Of a stretch of DNA of 64,000 nucleotides, positions 37,205 through 48,534 are shown piece by piece. Origin of the DNA: Nemertoderma westbladi (taxonomy: Eukaryota; Animalia; Xenacoelomorpha); assembly GCA_032718475.1 (NCBI GenBank), contig JAUCBJ010001237.1, positions 50,496 to 114,495 of the forward strand, given 5' to 3'. How positions within the stretch are numbered: position 1 is the stretch's first letter; the number at the start of each line of letters is the position of its first letter. The position numbers and the translations under genes are program-made. The notes below the pieces were generated by a model. The model was not told the origin of the DNA and did no database searches. It worked only from the letters and a program-made list of their open reading frames with translations.

Positions 37205-40200
37205 CCCAGGCGGTCGGCGTTCCCCGGGGGCAAGCCAAGAAGACTGTCATGGTGCGAGACGACCAAGGCATAGTCTACCTCGTGGACTGCGGGGCGGAGG
37301 TGTCGGTTCTCCCGGCCGACGCCGCCGCCCGCAAGCGACCGGCCACCGCCCCCCTCATCGCGGCCAACGGCAGCTCCATCTCTACGTGGGGCTACCGCAC
37401 CCACAGGATGCGTTTTGGCACAACACACCCCCGGGACTTCGGGTTCGAGTTCTCTATCGCCGCCGTCCCCAGGGCCATCCTCGGAGCCGATTTCTTCGCC
37501 GCCCATAACATCGCCATCGATCTCCGCAGCCGGCGCCTCATCTCCCTCGACGACGGCCACGTGATCCCGGCCTTCTCCGCCGCCTTCCACAGCGGCGTCA
37601 GCGGCCTCCACGTCGCCTCCATCTCCGCCTTCGACGCCATCATCAACGAGTTCCCCGAGGTCGTCATCCCGCGGTTCCAACCCGGGGTGGCCAACCGCCA
37701 CGGGGTGGAGCACCACATTGTGACGGAAGGCCCCCCCCCGCTTCACACTCGCGCTCGTCGTCTAGACCCAGAGAAACTGACCGTCGCCAAGGCCGAGTTC
37801 GCCAAAATGGAAGAACTCGGGATCATCCGGCGCTCCAATTCCCCGTGGTCATCGGCCCTGCACATTGCACCGAAGCCCGGGGGCGGTTGGCGTCCTTGCA
37901 GCGATTTCAGGCGCCTCAACGCGGCCACCGTGGCCAACCAATACCCCCTCCCCCACATCCAGGACTTCAACGCCTGCTTGGCCAGCACGACGATCTTCTC
38001 CAAGATCGACCTCACCCGGGGCTACCAGCAGGTCCCGATGCGGGCGGCGGACACCGCCAAGACGGCCATCATCACCCCTTTCGGCCTCTGGGAATTCCTA
38101 AGGATGCCGTTTGGCCTGAAGAACGTGGCGCAGGCGTTCCAGCGACTGATGGACGGCGTCCTCCGCGGCCTGGACTGCGCCTTCGTCTACCTCGACGACA
38201 TCTTGGTGGCTATCAAGACGAAGGAGGAGCACTTGCGCCAGGTTTTCGGCGCCCTGGTCGCCAACGGCCTAGTCGTCCAACGCAAGAAATGTAGTTTCGG
38301 CCTCCCCGAACTCGAGTACCTCGGCCACACGGTGAGCGCCCGCCACGTAACTCCCCTCGCCTCCAAGGTAACCGCCATCACCGAGTTCGCCACGCCCACG
38401 GACAAGGCCGGCCTCAAACGGTTCCTCGGGGTGGTCAATTTCTACCACCGTTTCACCCCCGGAATCGTGGAAGTGCTCGCCCCACTCCATGCAGCCGCCT
38501 CCGGCGCCGCCGGGTCGGTCTTTACCTGGTCATCCGACTGCTCCTCCGCCTTCGCTGCGGCCAAGGCGGCCCTGGCCGATGCCACCATGCTCGTCCACCC
38601 GTCCCGGACTGCCCAGTTCTCACTCACGTGCGATGCCTCGACCACCACCATCGGAGCCGTCGTGGAACAACGTGCTGCCACATCGGCCGCATGGGAACCT
38701 CTCGCCTTCTTCTCCCGCAAGCTGTCCTCGGCGGAGAAGAAGTACAGCTCCTTCGACCTCGAGCTGCTGGCTATGTACGGCGCCGTCCGCCATTTCCGCC
38801 ACCTCGTCGAGGGCCGCAGCTTCACCATATATACGGACCACAAGCCGCTCACGTTCGCCCTTAGCAGTGCGGCCGAGCGGTCGCCCCGGCAGATGCGACA
38901 CCTCTCGTTCATTTCAGAATTTACGACGGACCTGCGGCACGTCTCCGGCAAAGACAACATGGTCGCAGACGCTCCATCGACCATGCTCCATCGACACGCC
39001 GTGCTCCGTCGCCGCCCTTCTCTCTCCCGACGTGGACTTCGCCGCGCTCGCCGCGCTCGCCGCAGCGCAACGGACGTCCGCCGAGATCGTCGCCTACCGC
39101 ACCGCCGTCACCGGCCTCCGCTTCGCCGACATCCCGTTTGGCGACACCACTGTGCTCTGCGACATCTCCACCGGCAAGGAGCGACCCGTAGTGCCCATCG
39201 AATGGCAGGGTCGCATCTTCGAATCCATCCACGGGCTGTCACACCCGGGACCCCGCCCCACCATCCGGGCGATCTCCTCCAAGTTCGTTTGGCACAACTT
39301 GAAGCGAGACGTCAAACGTCGCTGCGACGAATGCCTTGCTTGCCAGTCGTCCAAGGTCGCCCGTCACGTTCGGGCTCCCCTCATCAGCCATGCCGCCCCC
39401 GACAACCGCTTTGAGAACCTCCACGTCGACTTGGTCGGCCCCCTCCCAACGTCCGAATGGAACACATACCTATTCACCGTCATCGACCGGTTCAGCCGCT
39501 GGCCAGAGGCGCTCCCACTCGCCGACGCCACAACCGCCACGTGCACTCCTACGAGGCTGGATCAGACGTTTCGGGGTGCCCACAGCCATCACCTCGGATC
39601 ACGGCCCCCAGTTCACTTCGCACCTCTGGACGGAGTTGAACAAGCTGCTGGGCATCTCCGCGAACACGACCACGGCCTATCACCCGCAGGCGAATGGGAT
39701 GGTCGAGCGACTGCACCGCCAGCTCAAGGCCGCACTGAAAGCCCGACTCACCGGACCCGGGTGGATGGACGATCTTCCCCTGGTGCTGCTGCGCATCCGC
39801 ACTTCGTGGAAGGAAGACCCAGAGTGCTCTTCGGCGGACATAGTTTATGGCACCAAGCTGCACGTTCCCGGCGAGTTCGTCGCGCCCGCCACATCCGCCG
39901 TTTCACCCCCGTCGTCGTCCTTCGTCGCCGACCTCCGCGACCGCCTCCGCTCGTCCGCCCCGCCGCCGGCGTATCATGGCTCACCGACATCCACCTCTCT
40001 GCCGCCGCAGTTGACTACGGCCTCTCACGTTTTCGTGCGCCGTGGCACCCGCTGCGGCCCCCTCGACCGCCCGTATGTTGGCCCGTACCTGGTTGTCTCC
40101 CGCCACGCGAAGCACTTCGTGGTGGACCTCGACGGCCACGAGAACTCCGTCTCCATCGACCGGCTGAAGATCGCCCACATACCAATGGCTGTATCAGGTC

Positions 40201-40355
40201 TACCTCCCCCTATCACGTACACCCACGCCGCAGCTTCGCCACCTTCGCCCCAGCCCATCGCGTCATCGTCCACGCCGCCGCTGATCCCGGACTCGGCCAA
40301 TTTCTCCCGGTTCGGCCGCCGCCTCCGCCCACCGACCACCTTCTCTCCGGGCTGA
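37180..40355 (+). pseudogene. pol: Pol (PR-RT-RH-IN) entered by -1 frameshift, broken by two further frameshifts
   Basis: GGGAAAC at 37180; LVDCGA, YLDD, TDHKPL, DLVGPLP, YHPQANG, GPY; frame changes near 38975 and 39545. Confidence 0.9.
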
Positions 40356-40619
40356 TCGCGTTTGCACGCTGGAGGGGGGGTTATGTAGGGTAGAGACTTT
40401 GGCGGGATATTCAAAAACACTCTACTACACTATCTTTCCTTATCTCTGTATGCAATTATTAATTTGTATATCATAATTATATTATACTTTCGTTGACCAC
40501 TACACTCTTTTCGATGGTATAATTGTTTCTATGCATTTTTCAACCACAAGTGGCTATTCCCCCCCCCCCCCCCCCCCCCCTTAAGCGTTAACTATCTGTA
40601 GGTATTTTATTGTCTGAGT

Positions 40620-41570
40620 AAAACAGCGCGGATTACTCAAACGGTCTCCTACAGGGGGTCACACTTAGTCAACTCCTATTCATCATCTACATAGCGGACA
40701 TAGTGGCGGCGCAAAAGCGGGCAGCGCACTTAATCCTCATATTTTTCGCTGACGACCTGTTATTCTATACGGATTCTCGGAGCATCTCCAGCCGCCTCAA
40801 ACCCGCTCTCTCTTTGGGCAGCGGAGAACGGCTTAGAGGTTAATTTGAAGAAAACCGCAATTATAAAGTTCCGCCGTGGGGGAAAGCTGGTAAAAAACAG
40901 ATCAATTTGTTTATATGTAACAAACAGCCAGCCTGTTTCTATTACCGACTTTGAAATACCTTCAAAACAAACCTAGCATTCTCCAGACACATAAACTATA
41001 TCTCGTGTCGTGTAAATAAAATAATAAATTATGGTAATGCATTCCCTTAAAAACCCCCGTCTATTATCATTGCCAACATCAATCAAAATCTTGAACACCA
41101 AAATACGTCCAATTATCAGCTACAACTTACACCTTATATGGCCCCATCTGACAACTTCAAATCTCCATAGCCTCGATAAAATATAGGTGACATTCCTCAA
41201 ACGAGTACTTGGCCTTCATGAAAGTACCCTCAACAGGCTGGTACTAGCGATGTATATGGAAAAGAAAACGCCCCTAATAGAGGACCTGGTTGCATCCTTA
41301 AATCTCCGGGAATATCCAGCTCTGAGGAAGTACAGATTGGATGTTGGCCATAAAAGGTTTTGGAAACACCTACATAATTTTGCGACTCGCTAGCATTCTC
41401 TTCTAGTAAATTGGCGCAGTCTAATAAGGTTTTCCAGTACTCGGATTTTACCATAATGTTTCACCAACCCGACGGAGCTTTTTGTGTTTGCAGTATCTGT
41501 GGGTGGATTCCTTCAAGGTATCACATTGTCCAGCTATCACGTTGAGCCACAACTAAGGGCTGCTAAGGCG
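40620..41570 (+). mobile_element. Heavily degraded non-LTR retrotransposon RT fragment
   Basis: GLLQG, LFIIYIAD, FFADD, ENGLEVNLKKT..IKFRRGG across frameshifts. Confidence 0.75.
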
Positions 41571-41733
41571 TAATCTGTTTCTTATTGGGACGTCAAACTT
41601 GAATGATCTAATTTATTTATTTATTGTGCGAACTTTTACTTTTCGTTTATTACGCTAAATTGCATAGATAGTAAATTGGCCTGGGTATATGGTAATGTTA
41701 AGAACCTCAATGTAATCTCTAGGCCTACTTTTG

Positions 41734-42584
41734 GGATAGTTATAAAACCCGAAAATAACGAGAAAAAGACGAATTTATCAGCGAAAATATCAAAATTATC
41801 AAACAATCTACAAAATCTCGCTTTCCAATAAGATGAGTATAATTAGAAGTCACACTTTACATTTTTTAATTAATAAAATCCGAGAATTTCGCCCCATTTT
41901 CGACCTTAAAAGTAATTTAATACCAAATACTGTCTATTGGTTGGTTGGTGGGTGTTGACCAATAATGGCAGCTTGGATGAATGACTCAGCATCAACAGAT
42001 CAGTAGCCTATAGGGGCCTACTGGTGTATTACTGTACAGTACAAGCATATGGTACGGTACAGCCTGAAGCGGAAAGTTGAAAGAAGCGGTCCGGTACCCT
42101 AACCCAATACTGCAACGATGTAATTCCCATATGAAATGTTGTTTGCATTACGGCATACGGTACCTTTAGCGCTACCTGGCCTAGGTGTGCACTGTAGGCC
42201 TACAGTGACTGTCAGGCAAGTGACGCGGCGCGGCGGATGTGAACAGGTGAACGTAACTACAGAATTGCAGTCCAGCAGTCGCTATAACTGCAGTAGGCCT
42301 ACACTCTGACTGTACTGTCCTAATTTGAGCGCCATCTTGTGGTGTTTTGCAATCATTGGATCACCCCTAACAACCAATCAGCAGAGCCAGTATTTGGTAT
42401 TAAATTACTTTTAGGGTCGAAAATGGGGCGAAATTATCGGATTTTCTTAATTAAAAAATGTAAAGTGTGCCTTCTAATAATATCGATCTCAATGGAAAGC
42501 GAGAATTTATTTAAAGTTTTATAATTTCGATATTTTCGTTAATAATTTCGTCTTTTTCGTTTTTTTCGGGTTTTATAACTATCC
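41734..42584. mobile_element. Mutator/MULE-like MITE with ~230-bp imperfect TIRs
   Basis: GGATAGTTATAAAACCCG ... CGGGTTTTATAACTATCC; 9-bp TSD CTACTTTTG at 41725-41733 and 42585-42593. Confidence 0.88.
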
Positions 42585-42880
42585 CTACTTTTGCCATCTA
42601 TGAATGCCACCCTCCTCGTCCTTCTCTCATGTTTTGGAACTTGTTAGGCCTACTCTCTTATTTTGGTTCGGTAGAATATTGAATAATGTTAGTTGCCTGA
42701 TTAATGGTTGGGGAGATGGTCCGAATACTAGAAGGAAATATATAATAATTGAATAACTACATATTTTAATAAGATCATGATAGTATAAACAATATAGTAG
42801 TAGTAGTAGACGGTATGCGGCCCGTCCGGCCTATAATATCATAATAATGGCGCACAATTCCAAATCAATTTCTGAATAAT

Positions 42881-44290
42881 ATGTGGGGCGAGCCACGAAG
42901 TTGGCGGAGCCTTAGCGAATTGACACTGTTAGGGGGTGGGTCAATTTATGCAAATAGTTGTCGTCGTCGTCGTCGTCATCGTTGTCGTCGTCGTCGTCGT
43001 CGTCGTTGTCGTCGTCGTTACGATTTTGACATGCTAATAACTTTGTCGGATTTAAAGCTGCCAAGTTGAAAATTTGTAGGTATCAATATGAGCAAAAGTT
43101 GAGATTTTTGAGAGACTTTCAGACACCATCAGTGCAATGGTCTCCCGCTAGAGGGCCACATGTCTAAACATTAAATGCCCTCCCATTTCTTTGCTTTTAA
43201 TCCGTTTAAGCTGAAACTTGGCAGATATGTATTAGACCATTAGCTGTGACTTTCAAAGGAGGCGAATCCATCTGCAGTTCTCCAGTCTGCCGCTAGAGGG
43301 CCAAAGGTCTGAAAGTGAAATCATTGTCGTCGTTACGATTTTGACATGCTAATAACTTTGTCGGATTTAAAGCTGCCAAGTTGAAAATTTGTAGGTATCA
43401 ATATGAGCAAAAGTTGAGATTTTTGAGAGACTTTCAGACACCATCAGTGCAATGGTCTCCCGCTAGAGGGCCACATGTCTAAACATTAAATGCCCTCCCA
43501 TTTCTTTGCTTTTAATCCGTTTAAGCTGAACCTTGGCAGATATGTATTAGACCATTAGCTGTGACTTTCAAAGGAGGCGAATCCATCTGCAGTTCTCCAG
43601 TCTGCCGCTAGAGGGCCAAAGGTCTGAAAGTGAAATCGTTGTCGTCGTTACGATTTTGACATGCTAATAACTTTGTCGGATTTAAAGCTGCCAAGTTGAA
43701 AATTTGTAGGTATCAATATGAGCTAAAGTTGAGACGTTTGAGAGACTTTCAGACACCATCAGAGCAATAGTCTCCTGCTAGAGGGCCACATGTCTAAACG
43801 TTAAATGTCCTCCCATTTCTTTGCTTTTAATCCATTTATGCTGAAATTTGGCAGATATGTACTAGACCATTAGCTGTGACTTTGAAAGAAGGAATTGAAT
43901 TGAATTGAATTGAAGGCTAATCCGTGTGCAGTTCTTCAGTCTGCCGCTAGAGGGCGAAATGTTTGAAAGTGAAATCTTTCTCCCATCCCGTTATTTATGA
44001 TCCGTTCAAGCTGAAACGTAGCAGATATGTAGTAGAAGTCGGACTGAGTCTTTGGTGGGCAGTAAACGGTCTGGAGTCCTCCAGTCTGCCGCTAGAGGGC
44101 GAAATGTATAACTGTCCCCAATTCCTTGATATTAATTTATTTAAAGTGAATATTGGCATATGTACTAGAGCACATGCTGCGTCTTTCTGAGGAAGGTGGT
44201 CGATCTGCATTTCTCCAGTCTGCCGCTAGAGGTAAGCGGAAATTCAAGACGCTGGTCACACTACTAAACGCATTATTTCAACATTCTCAA
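42881..44290 (+). mobile_element. Helentron/DINE-1-like repeat with (GTC)n tract and three 315-bp tandem units
   Basis: Head GTGGGGCGAGCCACGAAG...GAGCCTTAGCG shared with 63722; unit anchors at 43018, 43333 and 43648. Confidence 0.65.
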
Positions 44291-44373
44291 ATATACGCTC
44301 CATAAATATTTCACGTTACTATTTTATTGATAATCAAGATATAAACCAAGCGGAATTGGGGTGTAAACGTTAA

Positions 44374-44588
44374 GCAGACACCTGGTGCAGACACCTGGTG
44401 CAGACACCTGGTGCAGACAACTGGTGCAGACACCTGGTGCAGACACCTGGTGCAGACACCTGGTGCAGACACCTGGTGCAGACACCTGGTGGGTGCAGAC
44501 ACCTGGTGCAGACACCTGGTGCAGACACCTAGTGCAGACACCTGGTGCAGACACCTGGTGCAGACACCTGGTGCAGACACCTGGTGCA
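44374..44588. repeat. 13-bp minisatellite (GCAGACACCTGGT)n, about 16 copies
   Basis: Directly visible. Confidence 0.95.
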
Positions 44589-45837
44589 TTTTTCACTGGG
44601 ATTGGCTGCGTGCGTGTCTAGCGTCGTCTCTTTGATTACGTTGAACCATTGGCAATATACAGAATGTTTTGATTGGACCTATAGGACTAGGAACTTTGCG
44701 TGGAAGAATATAATGGTAGAAATCATAACAAATAATACTCATATAACTTATATTTCGGCAGTTCTTTTAAATATGTAAACCTCTACCGGACTGCTGATTC
44801 ATATACATTCCTAACATTCCACACCACATTCCAATAATATCCTAATACAGTAATACTTTCGAATTAGTACTTAAATTAAATTTAAGTCACGTGCTGCGCG
44901 AAGGCCCCACTTCGTGTATATATATATATAGCACAAAAATTAATACGTGAAATAATATCAATAACTAGAGTGATTAGCACTAGATTAATTCAATATACAT
45001 TCAATATGTATATTCATGTATATTCATTCATATGTATATTCATGTAATGTATATTCAATATACATCCTTAACATAAATAAGTGTTTTTAATATAAACAAC
45101 ACGATTCACAATAAACGTCGTGTTCACCATAGTCTCTAAGTTGCGTAATATTAGTTGCTACTGTTCTAAATTAGTAAATATTGATTTGTCATTGTAACAA
45201 TTCGAGTTGTTCTCAAGGACGTCGATAATTATATACAGTAGAGTTGAATGATCCTGCAATAATCCCTCCATGAGAAGCTCCATTGTATCCTCATTCAATA
45301 GCAAACATGGTATACCCAGACCCACCCCAGTAACCCTACTTATACAGCTTATTACGCTTATATTGTATATATTGTTTATTATGCTTATAAAAGGTTTGTG
45401 TGATAAAAAAGTTCGTGTTTACTTTATATTATTGATAGTAACAATGTGTTGGCAAGATGTAAATTACGCGATTCCTAAATTTGTACACTACCCGGTTAAA
45501 AAGTAGGCATGTGATGGGATTAGACCTACAATTGCGCCAATAAAAGATAAGTTGTTTTCGGTAAAATAAACTTCTCATTCGAGGTTAAGACGCCTAGATC
45601 CCTTCCTATAATAAATTTACTTTATATAACCTACACTACTGTATAACTACTGTATGACATTAAAATCGAAGTTATAATAATTTTTTCAGTTTATAATTTG
45701 TTGTTATGTAAGCAGAGTTGCCTAGCACCGACTAGTTGACGTTGTTTTTTTTAATTTGATAATTTTTTAATTTGGTGTAAAGTATTGTGCAATAATAGAA
45801 AGTAGATTTAAGTGGTCTAACATCCATGTCGAATTAA

Positions 45838-45923
45838 CATAAGAGTTTAAACGGAGCAATGGATGGGTGGTGTATAGTTTTTTCTATACACCACCTATCC
45901 ATTGCTCCGTTTAAACTCTTATG
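45838..45923. repeat. Near-perfect hairpin with 40-bp arms and T6 loop
   Basis: CATAAGAG...GTGTATAG-TTTTTT-CTATACAC...CTCTTATG with one mismatch. Confidence 0.9.
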
Positions 45924-46470
45924 ATAATAGAAAGTATTTGCAATTTTTTTCAGATACTACAGTACCAGTACTGTAGTACAGTAGGTAGGGCAAGTTGGTC
46001 TTAATAATGAAAAAAAGTTTTGTGCACGTCTCATCTTGAATGACGGTCTTCATCTTATTACTAATATTGTTAGTCTATCGTACTCGAGGTTTAGTCGGCT
46101 TGATATAATAGTGTTGTGTACTGCAGGATTGGGATAAATTGGGTCCGGAAATATGGTGACAGGCGAAAATAGTAGCAAAATAATATGTAGAATTGATCAG
46201 CACTTAGAACTTGCGATCTTTTAATAAAGGCAAACGATTGATCAAAATTCAGAAGGGTGTAAACGCTACTGCAACAGCCTACAGTGCCCTTTATCGTTTA
46301 TTTTTTGGAATGTATGAATAGCTCAACTCTGTAACATGCGCCTTTCCCTTAAAAAAATAATTATTAAATAATAATATTGTAGTATTAGATTACTGATATA
46401 AAAATAACTGGGTAGGCCACTTTATTTGTTTACTGAGTATCTATTAATAATTTGCGCTCGACAGTAACAT

Positions 46471-47139
46471 ATGGATATTGACTTTATGAAAATGCTATTA
46501 GTTGCCGCTTTTATAGTTACACAGAAAGTTATGTATGTGTCAGCTATTACATGTTTGGAGAGACATAGTATGGTCACTTATAAGACATCCCGTCCCGACC
46601 TGTACCCGGATACCACCGGTTGGCTTTTGGAAAACCCAGGTAACAATTCAACTGATTGTTCCTCGTGCGGTCTGTTTTTCACACAAGCGGCGGGAATTAT
46701 CTCTATAAACAACGATGTTATCAAAGGTTTGATGTACAACAGGCACTTGTTATGCTTGAGTGAAAACATATATTGCAAGAACTACGTCAATGAAGATGAA
46801 TGCAGTAAATCTCAGGAGTTCAACGATGTATTCCATAGAGATAGCACGTTTTACAACGCCGAACTGACACGTGGAAGTTGCCAGTTGATATGTTGTAATG
46901 GAACAGAAGCTTGCAACAACGTAGGAGACAGGGTGTGGGAACACGACTATCTGGATGCCAACGGAGAGATTGATTGGAATGATCCCATGTTTGATCCAGT
47001 TACAACAGAACCGACTACAACAGAGACAGAGCCTCCAACAACAACGGCTGAAACATTGGTAACATCATCTGGTTTGGCAAATCATCTCAATGGAGTTCTT
47101 GTTTCTATTCTGTTGGCAGTAACAATCCCTTTCAACTGA
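46471..47139 (+). CDS. Secreted, probably GPI-anchored Ly6/uPAR (three-finger)-like protein, 222 aa, single exon
   Basis: Signal peptide ending near VSA/ITC, ten cysteines ending CCNGTEACN, Thr-rich stalk, SSG omega-like site and hydrophobic C-terminus. Confidence 0.8.
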   Translation: MDIDFMKMLLVAAFIVTQKVMYVSAITCLERHSMVTYKTSRPDLYPDTTGWLLENPGNNSTDCSSCGLFFTQAAGIISINNDVIKGLMYNRHLLCLSENIYCKNYVNEDECSKSQEFNDVFHRDSTFYNAELTRGSCQLICCNGTEACNNVGDRVWEHDYLDANGEIDWNDPMFDPVTTEPTTTETEPPTTTAETLVTSSGLANHLNGVLVSILLAVTIPFN

Positions 47140-47689
47140 TATCCAGTTACTTTTGTTGTGTAGGTTTCCTTCTGAAAGCTCATAAATTTAAATTCGGTCG
47201 CCTTTATGTAACTTACAATAATATTACATGTAGGCCTATTCCACGTTTAGGTTTGACATAAAACCAGACTTACTAATATACTGTAGTCTATGCCTGTTTC
47301 CTTAAGATTGAAATCTTCCATTGTTTTATCAAGCCATATCATAGCCATATCTTTAAGGCAGTTTGTATAAACTTTGACCTAAACTTTAGTTTATTGTTAT
47401 GGTTAGAATGTCGCCTTTGTAACTTGGGAATTTATTCTGAATATTATATATGAATTAAATATCAATTATATATGACAATATTTATCAAATGACTCCCACC
47501 ATCGTCTCCGCGCCATCTCAAAGTACTGGAGACCAGATAGCCCGTGCGTTTGCCGCTATGTCGCAAAGCTGCCCCCGTCCATTGTCATTATCATGGCCTA
47601 CTTTTTTTTAATATAAAATTTTCTTATTTCACTTTTTTCCACTAAGTAATATTCAATTCTATTAGAGCTGGGGTTGGCTTCGTGCCCTT

Positions 47690-47765
47690 CCAGGATCCAC
47701 TCAGTCTTTCATCCACTGGGGTCGATAAAATAACCACCAGTTGAATAACTGGGAGCAAAATTTGG
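47690..47765 (+). mobile_element. SINE core fragment related to 2385-2574
   Basis: CCACTCAGTCTTTCATCCACTGGGGTCGATAAAATAACCACCAGTTGAATAACTGGGAGCAAAAT. Confidence 0.7.
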
Positions 47766-48534
47766 GATAGGATAAGTGCCCAGCCCTCATACTTTTTGCT
47801 TACTATATTCCTTAAAATATAAAACCCACAGAATTGGCTATATTTTTTCCGGAAACGAATATCACTCACTCTCAACTCGGAGTTAAGAATATTTTTCACT
47901 ACAATACATTCAGTAGTTATTCGGTCTGCTTTTAAAGAAATTGCATTGCTGTAAAGGGCTGGGTTGATCATTTTCTAAACAAATTAAAAGAAAATATATG
48001 TGAAAATAAGCAGCACGTGTAATTATTAAATAGCTAGGTTGAATAGTCGTGTAAGTACGTTTAACTTCCTGTACAATGTACATACAATATATTACAGTAT
48101 TTACAATCGTTATTAAGGCCTTTACATTACATAAACTTTAAAAGCTATTAGATATTAAGCTAAAGTAAATATGAAAAATATATTATATAGTTAGTAATTA
48201 CTGCGATTTTGGAATACAAAGAATAAAAAATATCACCAGAAAACTCAGAAACCAAGACAAAATCCAGACCAAAATCATTTGGCCAGATATAAGTTAGGCT
48301 ATGTTATCAAATCCAGTGTTGAGCTGTTTAGCAGTTGTAGAAGGGAGTTAGAACACCATGTGTCCAAACTAGAAGATTGCCATAGTACAAGGTCAATAAG
48401 GTCATAGACAATAGACATGCCAGTCTAATAATCCGCAGTAATTGCAGTGACTAGCACACTTTACCGGTGGAATGAGAATTTGGTGTTATGCTAATAAAAA
48501 TCCCCAATGGCCCATTGTCAACCTGATCAGCGGG

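Larger units (their letters stand above)
36187..40504 (+). mobile_element. Ty3/Gypsy LTR retrotransposon (CsRn1-like), defective pol
   Basis: Identical 121-bp LTRs (36187-36307, 40384-40504) TG..CA; TSD CTCT; PBS TGGTGACCC (tRNA-Trp type); PPT GGAGGGGGGG. Confidence 0.97.

Noticed and set aside
36233-40420. Many long overlapping and antisense ORFs in the Gypsy elements (also 55300-59100 and within OTUD6B)
   Set aside because: Expected shadows of GC-rich coding sequence; no independent motifs
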